From positions 1 to 64,000 of the forward strand of contig NKIB01012514.1 of the NCBI GenBank assembly GCA_002256025.1: DNA of 64,000 nt, given 5' to 3'. This stretch comes from Asterionella formosa (Eukaryota). The translations under genes were made by a program, and so were the position numbers. Shown here in pieces: positions 35,001 through 44,541 of the stretch (its first letter is position 1; each line of letters begins with the position of its first letter). A model generated the notes under the pieces. That model did not search any database and was not told the DNA's origin. It saw only the letters and a program-made list of their open reading frames with translations.

Positions 35001-38000
35001 GACATCGAGGTTGTCAACTTCGGACCACAGAAGCAATGGACTCAGAGCCTCTTGTTTGTCTTCCAACCGGAAGTGTCGTTACCATTATGAGTTCGACGGT
35101 GTGCGATGCATACGATATCTTGTCAAGACGTGTTTTCGTTAAACACGTAGAAACAGACCCAGAAAATGGTGACAAGGAGACGAAGGGATGGGCCAGCGTA
35201 CAGTCTTCTGAAGGTTATGTCATATTGAGCCCGCTAACGTCCCTTTGTTACACCAACACTCGATGGGGAAACACTCGGCCAATCATTCGCCAATGTGGCC
35301 ATGCGGCTCATTTACGATGTGTGGAAACTCATACTCTATCACTACACCAGCGAGCAGCTGGGGAACAGCCTTACGATGGCCGATTTGCTGCCAACATTGC
35401 GGATGGTGAATTTTTGTGCCCCCTATGCAAGCAATTATCTAATATCCTGATCCCCCGCGATGACTGTGCACTCAACATGCAAAAGGAAAGTGCCAAATCT
35501 GACCAGAGCGAAATTAAGGAGACCGACAGTGAGATCGATGAGTGGGCGATGTTGCATAAGCGCCTTGCTAAAAAAATAAAGATAGACTCGGATTATTTTA
35601 GTGAAACTGGAAAGGAAGCCCTTCATCAATTTGGTTCAAAATTGGTTCAAGCAATGACAGTCCCATGGGAACGAGCGACAATGGCTAAGGCGAGAAAACA
35701 AAGCCGATGGCATCCTGCCATTCAAAGGTGGGATTTCGAGGATTTCCAGCTCCCTGATGCTGAAGGTGCCGGTGGGACTAATATTCGCGTTCCTTTGATC
35801 AAGGATTTCCTCAGTCGTATGCGACAGCTACACATCGCGTGGGCGGCAATCGGTCACAGTGCCGCCGCTGTTGAGTGCGCTTCAAGAAGTTTGGAAGAAG
35901 TTCTATCTTTCGGAACGTTTTCCCAGACCTCTGACCCATGGAACGATTTTAATGTAGTCTGCCAAGACTCGCATCCGATGCTCCTTGAATTGAGACGGTC
36001 GCTTGTTGCTACTTCTGGTTTCTATGATCTACTTGTGGAAGAAATCGATGAGAGATTTTCCCGGGACGACAAATCTCCGGAAAAATCCTTTAATTTTCTT
36101 GGTTCATGCTTGGCGGATATTCTTAGCGGTAACTGTCATTTTGCAACTGGAAATTTGCGTTTGAGCGTTCAGTCGAAGAATGCGTTGGTGATATGGAGCC
36201 AGGTGTTTGCTTTGATTGCTGCGATGCCTTGCCATGTGTCCAGAGATGGAACTCTGTCACAGCGCCACGAGGCACGGGCAACTGCAGCTGAAATGTGGGT
36301 CATCCAAGGCTTAGGGACTGAAATCAGGACCGACTCTTCCGAAGTTACCCAGGGCAATACTATCTCTTTGTTCGCTGATACTCCTGTTCCCCTTGCAATC
36401 CAACAAGTGCACTCACTCACTGGTTCAACAATGCCGCGCAACTGGGGAACCATATTTTCTTCGTTTGTTGATGCCGAGGCTGATGCTCCCGTCCCTCTTG
36501 CAATTCAGCAAGTGCGCTCTCTCACGGGTTCAGATATACCACGCAACTGGGGAACTGTATTTTCTTCAAGTCTGTTTAACCCTAACGAGATAGTTCCTCC
36601 TTTCCGGCCTGGCGTTGCATCTACATTTTTGTACATGCCATTATTGTCTTGGGACTTCAACACTTTGTCGGGGGCTATCTTTTCAGCGATGCTTGCCAGA
36701 AGTGACGAAACGCCCCCTTCCAGTATTGAGTTATTATTGGCAGCAAAGCTGTTAATCATAGGGAGAGTCGTTCAAGCGATCATAACTCCGTCTGGATACG
36801 AGCTTTGCGAAGAAGACGACGAGTGCGAGTACGAGGAATTCTGGTCCGAGGACGAAATAGAGAAAGAAAGCGAAGCCTTGGCAAAGCTGATACAATTCTG
36901 TAGATCTTGTGTCCAGTCACTTTCAGTTAACCCAGAAGGAAATTTCAATCCTACATTTGGAGGAATTGAAGCAATTAAGCACTTTAGTGCTGTTGGTCGC
37001 TCTATCCTGCCGTTTGCTAGATCCCTAGTGTTGATCCTTCGCGCCACCAATAGTGCTGTACGACAACGCGGGAAGAAGTGTAAGTGTGAACCTGAAAAAC
37101 CAAGTAGGAAAGGGCAGGATCTTGATGCCTCCCTTGTGAATGAGCAACTTATGACGTATGAGGACGGATTCCTAATGATGAGAGAGCTCGGGATCCCGCT
37201 TCCGTCGGTAATTATTGATGAAACCGATTCGAGCAATTGGATTCCTTTGATCAAACGTTGGATTGGGGCATCTATTGCACTCGAGCTTCATCATGGCTCT
37301 AGAGGAAAGTCTTTAATTCCATTGTTAAGCCCTGAATCTGTTCGCCCAAGGCGCAAAATGAGCCCTATGACTCATACTTTGAAGAAAGCTCCTCCAAATT
37401 TTATGGAAGGAGAGGTCAACGATTCTTCTATAATGGAAACGGGAGCCAATGATGATGGAGGTGACGAACATGCAGACCTTGATTTTCGTATGAATAATGA
37501 TGATGTCGATATATCCTTAATGGGAGAAGAGGATGACGAAATGATAGATGAATTTGGCCATACCGACGACTTGGAAGTTATTGATACGGGACGCCACTCG
37601 GCAGGAACTGAAACGCATGATCAGTCTTCAGATGAAGAGAGTTATTCAAATCCCTTTGATGAAAAGCAGCTTGATTTTGCTAGTGTTTCTAGATCCGCAA
37701 TCATTCCCTATCAACCCAGCTTGCTGGCCCGTGAAGAAATTGGACCGGGTACTCGAGGTGCGCCTCTAGAGTGTTCGGCTGCGTCCACCGTGATGCGTGA
37801 CATGAGTCATCTTGGAATGATTCATCGCAAGAATGGTGCAACTAAGTGCCTTGTGCGCCTACCCAAGTCATTCGTGGAACTATACTCGTTAGTCAACAAA
37901 GTCAAAGGACGCGATGACACTGCCGCCATGGATGTCGATGACGATGGTGTGTCGTCCGAAACAGCTATTTGTTTGCTGACTGGTGCTGTGATGCGTTCGG

Positions 38001-38332
38001 GTTCTCCGCGGCGGTTATATGTTAGAACTTCTCGTCCGCCTGGTGCATGTACGCTCCATGCTCGACAAGTTGGATCTGGGATAGGCATTTTCTTCTTGGT
38101 CCAAAAATGCACTGTCCTTTTGATGCACAATAATAAGTCTGCTTATTCTGCATCATTATATGTCGACCAGCACGGGGAAGAAGACCCTGGTTTGAGGAGA
38201 GGACGGCCTCTCTTCTTGAATGAGGCCCGCTACCGAGCGCTCGAAATGCTTTGGAGGCAGCAAGGAATACCCAGAGAGGTAGCTCAAATCCGATCCACAT
38301 CTGATCGAGTGATTCGCGACAATTGGTATTAG
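29033..38332 (+). CDS. UBR1: UBR-box E3 ubiquitin ligase (N-recognin, UBR1/PRT6-like), 3099 aa, apparently intronless
   Basis: UBR box CGYVFKRGDIAWNCRTCQTDPTCVICDTCF..SNHEGH...GGCCDCGD, ClpS-like LHNDDVHTFDEVI, RING CIIC...CGHAAH..C...FLCPLCK and C-terminal YVDQHGEED.GLRRGRPLFLN. Confidence 0.95.
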   Translation: MSSHSASHTSPPPAQREHSTSYPAPAYLNFTPGGLSYKKTDCDLSSHWYNLADYSASASTAAAPTSPRRRATPDTLILKAKYADDVLRQYNLLYGRSMVAPHFLPSLALLASAAFDRLSGVPPLSVKRWADAMVLAYLENIDKESPPLSEVHCWTNVTSPDHAAAIPSETVVAVLRNMLHTSTNRGHAPSAPRPCGYVFKRGDIAWNCRTCQTDPTCVICDTCFRNSNHEGHEVYFHRTTPGGCCDCGDAEAWKSSGCCPLHRHIQDESIHENDPEEAVMMALRGQKQGIDALQDPSTKLPDKLAAALGVVIGAAVHALVQAVDGAGIGADPVQWKLRWTDEACRIKNMAINRDDYYLCTDYTKLETPQSLLQKGNSMPKDFKLHLRLHNDDVHTFDEVIDALHEPRHNRLPEDAPLPPLVANRDDAEEMTHHVDADGQVMVKSYQSIALALQGYRRLKSKQRGLHCAVVGTSVVDAENRARALTLWLSEISAAHPAAAALVVHALVQLNHDLAGIQVWHEARSIPAWASLITDEDDLTTCRRRFYAFPPHLASSYVTREDAETLHRLGMEMNSTMFQEMTGTDPNFYSNVPYRLPSERYRKSPHALWGTLPSTYSDSITPSNKHPLLYRLSTGLFDEVAGTMQNQLTEEVYVVDTDLRKQEESERILASVYSHKLPGVHMISGVGTLRVQDITAASPPMPNPMQWRHLLQTCSFRAPVTPLALLLLLDPYPTKQVRFVLHSLFLSLLVDSRFKCRFAAALGAVAYRPLSTLFCAGVGTEADTPLGFTVQIFTAGSLVRALGNATAIEKLLKSDNAGCDSESTAPIGVFAMPLAHNVVRCIHTNLLGATKEVHMILKNTITDNDEESHEEDARRNDNLLPALTYQAGEHPLSISLPAAPDDGYLDSRSTRHKRLPHLLRDLEYVIETPGTAIRLLLPQKYPMYRNIQSSSSSPIVENVVEFATVYARLLRTAQGMDPQKRVISGGHVEYEKSRWLDAFGLSLNFAGTRDALAESLTNASSSTLAPYSDNGSHLASIQNAMGNLFVALLRELKLWLYREGMLETGLPLPPSGTHGGMDSSLVEALQRSTLHVSSSQLGAVAAASMSESSNGGGGAHAVALACATGVKMTEAQLELIEGALRLEDARRHHREASDDSVPPSGPPMGDWLRIPHSPLGGDNLSFHLPLHRSLAKSVLSICYVVVPESVRNSNPYGWWKLPVLDDNYDAGDQSVTGKQHPLVSLIRPTLRSSNCRVVWAAGPDCSSAEAHHRRTRSKNVSANIAAAKIIHSLADHPIRCLAAAQQIERHLWARNGTSTAGMALNYASSPLCRSFRDLDITLVQLSSAGMSMGLGARRVFSLLVSRFSMDGYLCDPERRIQGASSPTSSGNYAGNGSWVNPPRMQDTEHAVALSESFFTTMCIVVTELPSPPPISPSDEVALRSSLRRELLHALAAEPRSHSEAMEAATSAASRRDESAGISGGSSGGGALGDVFTQVLREVGQQKNQGSSRATSGPSAYELRPECSDEYDPTFFHLRRQDHQHAMDTIARLRKQKAGKDADSTCYPVVSLPPKSHPRFVACRLLLHLPSMDAALRRALLFAVTGGAWLPPNEPAPPPCEKDDDPMQAESSEWTTVATGAMIADYGGAVPVSTLGRKLKRTGSSSVSRRSGDVVDSSPFSPAVVAGSSVSYLEVLQLLTLQVHTLEECACLHRLQPDLDEEAKILSSGLSINSYLGRLTMVPESLVHVWAFRPYPEGPIPSKGSGEDRGSLLGLLITLYEHRADPGGDDKSGHGESSSGDEGHGGSRNLSNSGLKWLLRFVNALVDGAPSVAAATKSATCGVPIQAAIGAAESDGTSWTINSAIRTKISGMLANLPDLWPNEDMSEVDDDTDRLNAKSKEARKAAQQRVMDMMKKKQSAFAATIAPTESNLEGKMDVDEDEQDLCIICRCDDADGENNGPLGYLGHVQRSRYAHMRSSTEAPKTNPLFSTYRVSGHRGCQLRTTEAMDSEPLVCLPTGSVVTIMSSTVCDAYDILSRRVFVKHVETDPENGDKETKGWASVQSSEGYVILSPLTSLCYTNTRWGNTRPIIRQCGHAAHLRCVETHTLSLHQRAAGEQPYDGRFAANIADGEFLCPLCKQLSNILIPRDDCALNMQKESAKSDQSEIKETDSEIDEWAMLHKRLAKKIKIDSDYFSETGKEALHQFGSKLVQAMTVPWERATMAKARKQSRWHPAIQRWDFEDFQLPDAEGAGGTNIRVPLIKDFLSRMRQLHIAWAAIGHSAAAVECASRSLEEVLSFGTFSQTSDPWNDFNVVCQDSHPMLLELRRSLVATSGFYDLLVEEIDERFSRDDKSPEKSFNFLGSCLADILSGNCHFATGNLRLSVQSKNALVIWSQVFALIAAMPCHVSRDGTLSQRHEARATAAEMWVIQGLGTEIRTDSSEVTQGNTISLFADTPVPLAIQQVHSLTGSTMPRNWGTIFSSFVDAEADAPVPLAIQQVRSLTGSDIPRNWGTVFSSSLFNPNEIVPPFRPGVASTFLYMPLLSWDFNTLSGAIFSAMLARSDETPPSSIELLLAAKLLIIGRVVQAIITPSGYELCEEDDECEYEEFWSEDEIEKESEALAKLIQFCRSCVQSLSVNPEGNFNPTFGGIEAIKHFSAVGRSILPFARSLVLILRATNSAVRQRGKKCKCEPEKPSRKGQDLDASLVNEQLMTYEDGFLMMRELGIPLPSVIIDETDSSNWIPLIKRWIGASIALELHHGSRGKSLIPLLSPESVRPRRKMSPMTHTLKKAPPNFMEGEVNDSSIMETGANDDGGDEHADLDFRMNNDDVDISLMGEEDDEMIDEFGHTDDLEVIDTGRHSAGTETHDQSSDEESYSNPFDEKQLDFASVSRSAIIPYQPSLLAREEIGPGTRGAPLECSAASTVMRDMSHLGMIHRKNGATKCLVRLPKSFVELYSLVNKVKGRDDTAAMDVDDDGVSSETAICLLTGAVMRSGSPRRLYVRTSRPPGACTLHARQVGSGIGIFFLVQKCTVLLMHNNKSAYSASLYVDQHGEEDPGLRRGRPLFLNEARYRALEMLWRQQGIPREVAQIRSTSDRVIRDNWY

Positions 38333-39117
38333 AGGTTTAGACAATAGCATGTCAATGGAAAGGTGCTTTGACTATTCCTGGAGCTTTGAGTAGTTTTAAT
38401 TAGTACCGATATTGCTTTATTGTCAATCATCGAAAGATTGGCGATCCTTGAAAGGAGCATCGTATGTGAGCGATTGCATAATAGGGAGGACTCGATGATC
38501 TATGTAAGATGCTTAGGCACGTCTTTTTGACATATTTACTCATAATTGTTCCATGTTTTATTATTGTCATAAAAAGGTAGAAGGAGCTCGTAGCAATAAA
38601 GTGATGATAGTGTGATCGAACCGCGGTTTTCTTTATTTGCTGAAAGGCACTACTGCACGTACGTTCGAGTGTTTGGTTGAAGACAACATTGGTTGTTCTT
38701 GTAAGCCCTGTAATTTTCCTTTTGGGGTTCGAACCCAACGAGGACTACCGGTAAATGCGAACAAGACGTCAAAACAGTATCTAAGTTAATGGAGATGCGT
38801 TGTTGGTACTGGGCTAACTTGTCCCTGATTACAAAAATTACAAACAAATGTTCTCCGAATTTCACGTTTCCTTGCTCCTTTGTTCGACTATATTCGTACA
38901 CACTGTTTCCGCAAGCTCAACTCTCGTTCCTCAATTCTCATCTTTATTATTGTTGCCGTGGTGATCCGGTAGGAAATTTCAATAGATCCTCTCAACTTTC
39001 TCCGATCCGATCCGATCCGATCACTTGAACATACAGGTACAAACGTACCGAAAAATCAATTACAATAATTGTGGTGTTCAGAATGGAATGGATCACACAA
39101 TGACCTAAAAGTCAGCT

Positions 39118-39846
39118 TTAAAATCTCCCCAATGTCGTATCCCCACGTGTCCGCTTGTTACTTTTCTGACTTGCCGCCGATGCCCGGGCCAATGCGCTTT
39201 CAATAGGAGGACGTTGCCCTGACTTGGCTTTAGAGGAAACGGACAGCGCTTGCTTTTGCGCCAGGACGACTGCTTTGCTACCTTCCAACGACGAGTGGGT
39301 GGCCTCCAAGGTCACGAACAAGCGGCGCAGGGCGGACAACAAGTCATTTACATGGACGACGTCTCGGGAACGTATGGGCGATGAAGGGTCGAGGGAGAGG
39401 GTTTGCGTGGTTTGACATAGTTGGCCATGAAACAAACCAGCGTAGATGCAAGAGACAATGGTGGTCTCGTCCGCCGGATACATTTCTGAATAGGCAACAA
39501 CAGCTTGACTCTTCCAACAAGCGCGTTGTACAGCATCCAAAACGGTCAATTGGAGTAGTTTGTGGCTCTGCATGTCGGACAATGGAAGGTACGTGCCGGG
39601 TGCAGAAGTGGAATAGTCTGTGATGCTTCCATATGAAAAGAGTTCCAGTGTTTTCAAGAGGACGGCGCCTTCCAGGCTGTCCTTCAAGACTGGCGAGCAA
39701 ACGGCAGCGAGTTCGTCGAAGCCGCAAAAGATATCTGCATCAGACAGCGCTTTCAAAATGACGGTGCGCAGAGTTGCCGCACTTTGGCTCGCAATCGCCA
39801 TTTCCAGCAGCGCTGTCATAGGAGGAGGGGGTGCTGTTGTCGACAT
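39118..39846 (-). CDS. CSN7: PCI-domain protein, COP9 signalosome subunit 7-like
   Basis: ILKALSDADIFCGFDEL, LELFSYGSITDY, LSDMQSHKLLQLTV, CIYAGLFHGQL and RSRDV match the CSN7 pattern. Confidence 0.8.
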   Translation of the reverse strand: MSTTAPPPPMTALLEMAIASQSAATLRTVILKALSDADIFCGFDELAAVCSPVLKDSLEGAVLLKTLELFSYGSITDYSTSAPGTYLPLSDMQSHKLLQLTVLDAVQRACWKSQAVVAYSEMYPADETTIVSCIYAGLFHGQLCQTTQTLSLDPSSPIRSRDVVHVNDLLSALRRLFVTLEATHSSLEGSKAVVLAQKQALSVSSKAKSGQRPPIESALARASAASQKSNKRTRGDTTLGRF

Positions 39847-39979
39847 GTTAATTGCACCGATGCAGTGTGCAATCTTCCGTACATCATGCGGCGAAGGACT
39901 GAGAAAAATATTAGGTCAGCGAGGATTACCGGTACTTACCGGGATCGGGTACTGGGTTGGCAGTATACTGAAGGGAATA

Positions 39980-40081
39980 CCCTACTCGGGAGGAGTCCGG
40001 CGCTGCGAGAAGGTCAACCTGCGAGGGCCTCCCAAGCCGAGTACACAAGATTACGAGTAGGTAGACTCCTCCCGAGTAGGG
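39980..40081. mobile_element. ~102-bp MITE-like element with perfect 18-bp TIRs and TA flanks
   Basis: TA|CCCTACTCGGGAGGAGTC ... GACTCCTCCCGAGTAGGG|TA. The perfect inversion extends over 22 bp (39976-39997 vs 40064-40085). Confidence 0.7.
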
Positions 40082-40106
40082 TATTACCTAGGCAATTCAC
40101 AAACTA

Positions 40107-41474
40107 GCTATCGGCGCGCTTGTCGCAACGACACTGTCCTTTCAGTTGACATTGAAAACCTATTTTAAATGGTTTGTATGTCATCAGATGCGAACTAGCC
40201 AGTTGCCCATCATATAAAACATATATTGTAGATTTCATATGTACAGTTTTTGGATTACTCAATCCTGCAATTGCCCATCATATAAAAGATATTTTGGATA
40301 TTTCATCTGCTCCGTTTTTCCACTGCCAAACTACATTCAATATTTTCAATGGCCCCTAGATTTTAATGCCGAAATCGACTGCCGTTTATTTAAGGGAATT
40401 TAATTACTGACATCTATAGCCCCTCAATTGACTGCCCTTTACTTAAGGAAAATCGACTGCCGAAATTGGATGAGAGTAGGAGGAGCTATATGAAGGCGAT
40501 GCAAGAAATCAGTATCCACTGGTCAAACCAGCTTGTCCAATGAGGTGAAATATGTTGCCAGTTGATTGTTGTTTTACAAGGTATAATTTACACACACTAA
40601 CATTATTCTTTTCCTGTTTCCCAAAGCTAGGAAGCCACTTTTATCCAAACTCGCACGAAGATTGCAAAGTCTCCAGGTCGCAAACAATGTGGGCAACGTA
40701 TCTTGCCAGCACCAACAACATATCACTCCATTGCTCCCTATCAACCTAATCAAAACTGTCCTCCTCCTCAATTTTCCAATTCACAAACGTCCACATCAGC
40801 CAGTAAATTTTCGACGCATCCTGCTCCTCCTCCTGCTGGATACTGCCAGAATTCTGCACCGCCAGCACCAAGAAACCTCCGCCATCAAGCTGTTGCTCCT
40901 CCAACACCTCCGCAACCACAAGTCCAAATCAAATCAGAAACAAGCATTGCCGCTTAATCCATTCAGGCATCGGTTTCTGGTCCTCCAGGCCCGATCTGAA
41001 AATTTTTGAAATTTCGTTGCAATGACAAAAAAGTGTGAGTTGACAAATTGTTAATGAATATGCATTGACAAAATTTCACACGATTTTTCCGCTGACCCAT
41101 TTTCTTTTTCACTTTTTACTCTACTCCCTGCTTGTCATTTTTACGTCTTACCATTTGATTTCCGTTTCATACTTTGGTTGCTTAACAACATCGTGTCGAA
41201 TTTTCGATGCTTGTTACAATCATTCTTGTATGACTATTCTTCATGCATATACCGGTACCGGTATATTCGGTTGTCCATGCATTTTTGATGTGTCCAAACT
41301 TTTTCCCATGAAAACTCTACTCCTGACATTGCTCAATGGTACCTGCTGCTCAAACGTAAAATTGACTCCCGAAAAATCCACTGTGCCCCATATTGCCCCT
41401 AAATAAAAAATTACTTAAAGAAACCAAAAATTACTTAGACACCCACAGTTCTCATCGAAAAGCAAGGCGATAGC
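40107..41474. mobile_element. Putative non-autonomous TIR element, ~1.37 kb
   Basis: Left CTA|GCTATCGGCGCGCTTGTCGCAACGACACTGT vs right reverse complement CTA|GCTATCGCCTTGCTTTTCGATGAGAACTGT. Internal short repeats AATYGACTGCC near 40370-40465. No transposase recognised. Confidence 0.5.
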
Positions 41475-41794
41475 TAGGGTACTAGGGATTGCTGCAGTAT
41501 TGAATAAGAACACCCCGGGATTAATTGGAAAAGAAGTACATCACTCTATGGTTTGAACTGTATCAGCGGTTTCGGAAAACTACAAATACTGTTCAGCCTT
41601 TGGCTGGCAAAATGCTGGTATTTAACTGTACAGTAGTCCTAGAAAATACTTTGTTTGCAGGCTACCAGTACGCTGGCATCGTAGATACTCTTCTCCAAAA
41701 AGATTGCACATGGGTGTCTATCGTAGAAGGGATGTGGAGTACCGGGAGCCAAAAAATTTGGTAGGTGGCGAAGATAGTAACTACCCTCAATTAA

Positions 41795-42863
41795 GATTCC
41801 TGCATTTCAACCCTAGATTAGAGGTAGGGTAAAAAAAATTGAGTCAGAGTAGTCAAAAAAACTTCTGACGAGAACAACGTAAATGTATATCGCTAAACGG
41901 AGCTTTCACCAATGCACACCCTTTCCATATGCTTAGATACTGTCATTGATCGAAGTAGGGGTATAGGTCAACTCTTTATAACTTCAGTATATAGGATCTG
42001 GCCAGAAACTGCAGAAAGGAACTTCGCTTTTTAAAACTATGCTGAAAACAGTGGATTTTACCAGGCCAACTCGTTTATTTGGCCTAGTAGAAAAACCGCC
42101 CAAGTTCCTATATGTAGTTTCTCGCCAAAAATTAACTTCTGGGGCTTTACTATGAAGATTACCTATGTACTTAACTCTTCTTCAAAACCCAGCCAACATT
42201 GAGCTATCATCATCCAAAACTTCGACAATCGGCCTTTTCATTAGTCTCCAAAATGTCAGAATCAGAATCAATAATCGCCAAAACGTCATCATCGGAATGG
42301 TAGTCTTGTGCTAAAACATTTATTCGTAAAATCTCCTGTACAAAAATTTCCATTGTACATGCCAGCTTCTCTATAAATATTTTGATTGGTCAACTTCAAT
42401 TACTTACCAGTATTTGATTGGCCCGGTTTGCGAGGTCTTGCAAAGATCACACACCAGCCACACTGGATACACATTTAAAATTTCTTGGGTGATCGCCGGT
42501 ACCCTGGTACCTGTTACCATTTCAACTATGGGTAACGGTAGATGATTATTATTTGACACATGCGTACCACTCCTACAGCGCACTTCAAATATTTGGCAAG
42601 CCGCCGGGTCGTATGACACAAAAACCTGTGATTGGTGTATAGAGTGTAAAACAGTATATGAATAGAGATGTACAATCTATATCTATATATTTACCGAAAT
42701 CGAAAAGGAATCTATGCACGTTCGCGCAAATTTCCAACGATTTGAATATTTCAAATAGAATCATGTCATTTGATAATAGCTCATATAACTTCTTAGTTCC
42801 AGGGAAGTTCGGCAACCCTAAGCAATATTTTAATTTTTGCCTTGGGGTTAAAATGCAGGAACC
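41795..42863 (-). mobile_element. Non-autonomous TTAA-targeting (Kolobok-like) element, ~1.07 kb
   Basis: TTAA|GATTCCTGCATTTCAACCC ... GGGGTTAAAATGCAGGAACC|TTAA. Homologous along its length, in inverted orientation, to 60362-61414. Confidence 0.8.
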
Positions 42864-43454
42864 TTAAATGCAGCAAAGCACAGTAACCCAAATTTTAGGT
42901 ACATGACAAAGCTGACAACTGAAAATGCCACAAAACAAAAAAATCACAAATTATACTATTCTCCCCGCCTGCTGTGCATCGCAAAATGGCACTCTTAAGT
43001 CCTGCAAAGTTAAGCCAGAAGGCTATGATCTCATTCTTCTTTCATGAATGACATTATGGAAGAAGATGGGTTGCCAGCACCAGCCTGGAAATCCATAAAA
43101 TGCCTTCAACATAGCTAAGAAGAAGATTTGTGGTTGGCTGGAAAAATCTTCGCAATCACCTGAAAGCATGCATTAGACCAAATCATCAAAAAGAATATGT
43201 ACAGTTTGTGAAGGACAATTTATTTGCAGCATTCAAATCTACAGTTAACTTTTGCTTCCATCATGATGCCACTATTACCAAGGGTGAGATCGAATTCTTT
43301 CACCAAGTTGTTTTCTTCTCCCTCTTGATGTGACCATATGCTTGTTTTCAAGAAGATGATAAATTCACTACTTACTACTAGCTAGAGCAGCAACCAATGG
43401 GTTATATTTCTTAATATTGTTGAGAGCAACAGAATTAGAGAGTGAGACCATATG

Positions 43455-43560
43455 GAATGATGGCTTAGCGGTTTAGCACGTTGCCTTTGATTTGAGGTTG
43501 TGTGGTTCGATTTCCGCAATTATTTTGAGAAGCATTTGTCGGGTTCGACTCCCACACTCC
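43455..43560 (+). other. tRNA-like Pol III promoter head (A box + B boxes), possible SINE or tRNA pseudogene
   Basis: TGGCTTAGCGG (A box, 43461), GGTTCGATTTC (43504) and a second GGTTCGACTCC (43542). Acceptor and anticodon stems do not pair well. Confidence 0.4.
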
Positions 43561-44390
43561 TTCTTACTGTCTCACATGGTCTTGTCTGGGCTGGTGTGCA
43601 AGAAATAGTGGGTTGCCCCCTACAAGCAGCTTGTGCCGCCTTGTTCCTAGACAGTCGGAGTTTCCCCTAACGCTGTGGCTATGATAATCACCTTTTGAAA
43701 AAAGGTGGTTTGGTTGGAGACTCACCTACTCTATCAAAGCTAGAGAAGCACAGGTCTTTTTGGCAGGTAGCACAAAGAATAATTGCCTATAGAGATAGGG
43801 GAGTAAAAATGGGTTATAAAACTGGCAAACTTTTTTTAGAGAGTGAACTATTCTCCTCTTTCCCTAAGTTCACACATCTTTCCCCTGATGGATATTGGTT
43901 TCCCCATGTGATGCAATCGAAAAAAATTATTCTTGGTCAGAAAATATAAATTGCTACAGCCTTGCTTGTGGGTAATTATGTTTTTTTCTAGCACATTAAG
44001 TCAAAAACAACTCTGGCTCTCAGTTCAAACTATTCAAAACTTTTTGGCTCGCTCTGCCTCAGTTGTGATTTCGGGAGTTGCGTGATCCTTGTCGACATGT
44101 CATTAACCTCGTTCTTTTCTAGAATAATCCTGCACTGCTGTGGGATGTTTTTCTAGAATGGGCCTGGGTTGAAACAGAGAAAACTATTCATAAATCCAAC
44201 TGCCCATTGGCCTTTGCACCATTATACATAGAGAAACCTATATTTCCAAGCCTATATCAAATCCGTGCCACCGGTATGATATTTGCTGGATATTGCGCTG
44301 CTCAGATCACTACATGCTTATTATATATGCACTCCATAATAGCCAACATGGCTGTACATACATAGAATGATCTTTGTATTATATAATTTG

Positions 44391-44541
44391 TATATAAATT
44401 GGAAATATTTCTTCCCCCTACTTCGATATTTTCCCCCCTAAGCCGTACCTTCAGATGCTACCTTGGAAGAATCTCCTAGGGATAGGGTTAAGGGGACAAA
44501 ATATCAAAATAGGGGGACGAATTATCATTTTCCTATAAATA
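44391..44541. repeat. Imperfect inverted repeat (~55-bp arms), MITE-like
   Basis: ...TCCCCCTACTTCGATATTTTCCCCCCTAA... pairs with ...TTAAGGGGACAAAATATCAAAATAGGGGGA... Confidence 0.6.

Noticed and set aside
7713..39846. Functional light-signalling/proteolysis cluster (phytochrome, UBR ligase, CSN7) or plastid gene cluster
   Set aside because: Gene neighbourhood in a eukaryote is weak evidence; the genes are far apart and mixed with unrelated ones.
41795..42863. piggyBac assignment for the TTAA elements
   Set aside because: Termini begin GG/GA rather than CC/CA, and no piggyBac transposase motif was seen.
43455..43530. Functional tRNA gene
   Set aside because: A and B boxes are present, but acceptor and anticodon stems cannot be paired.
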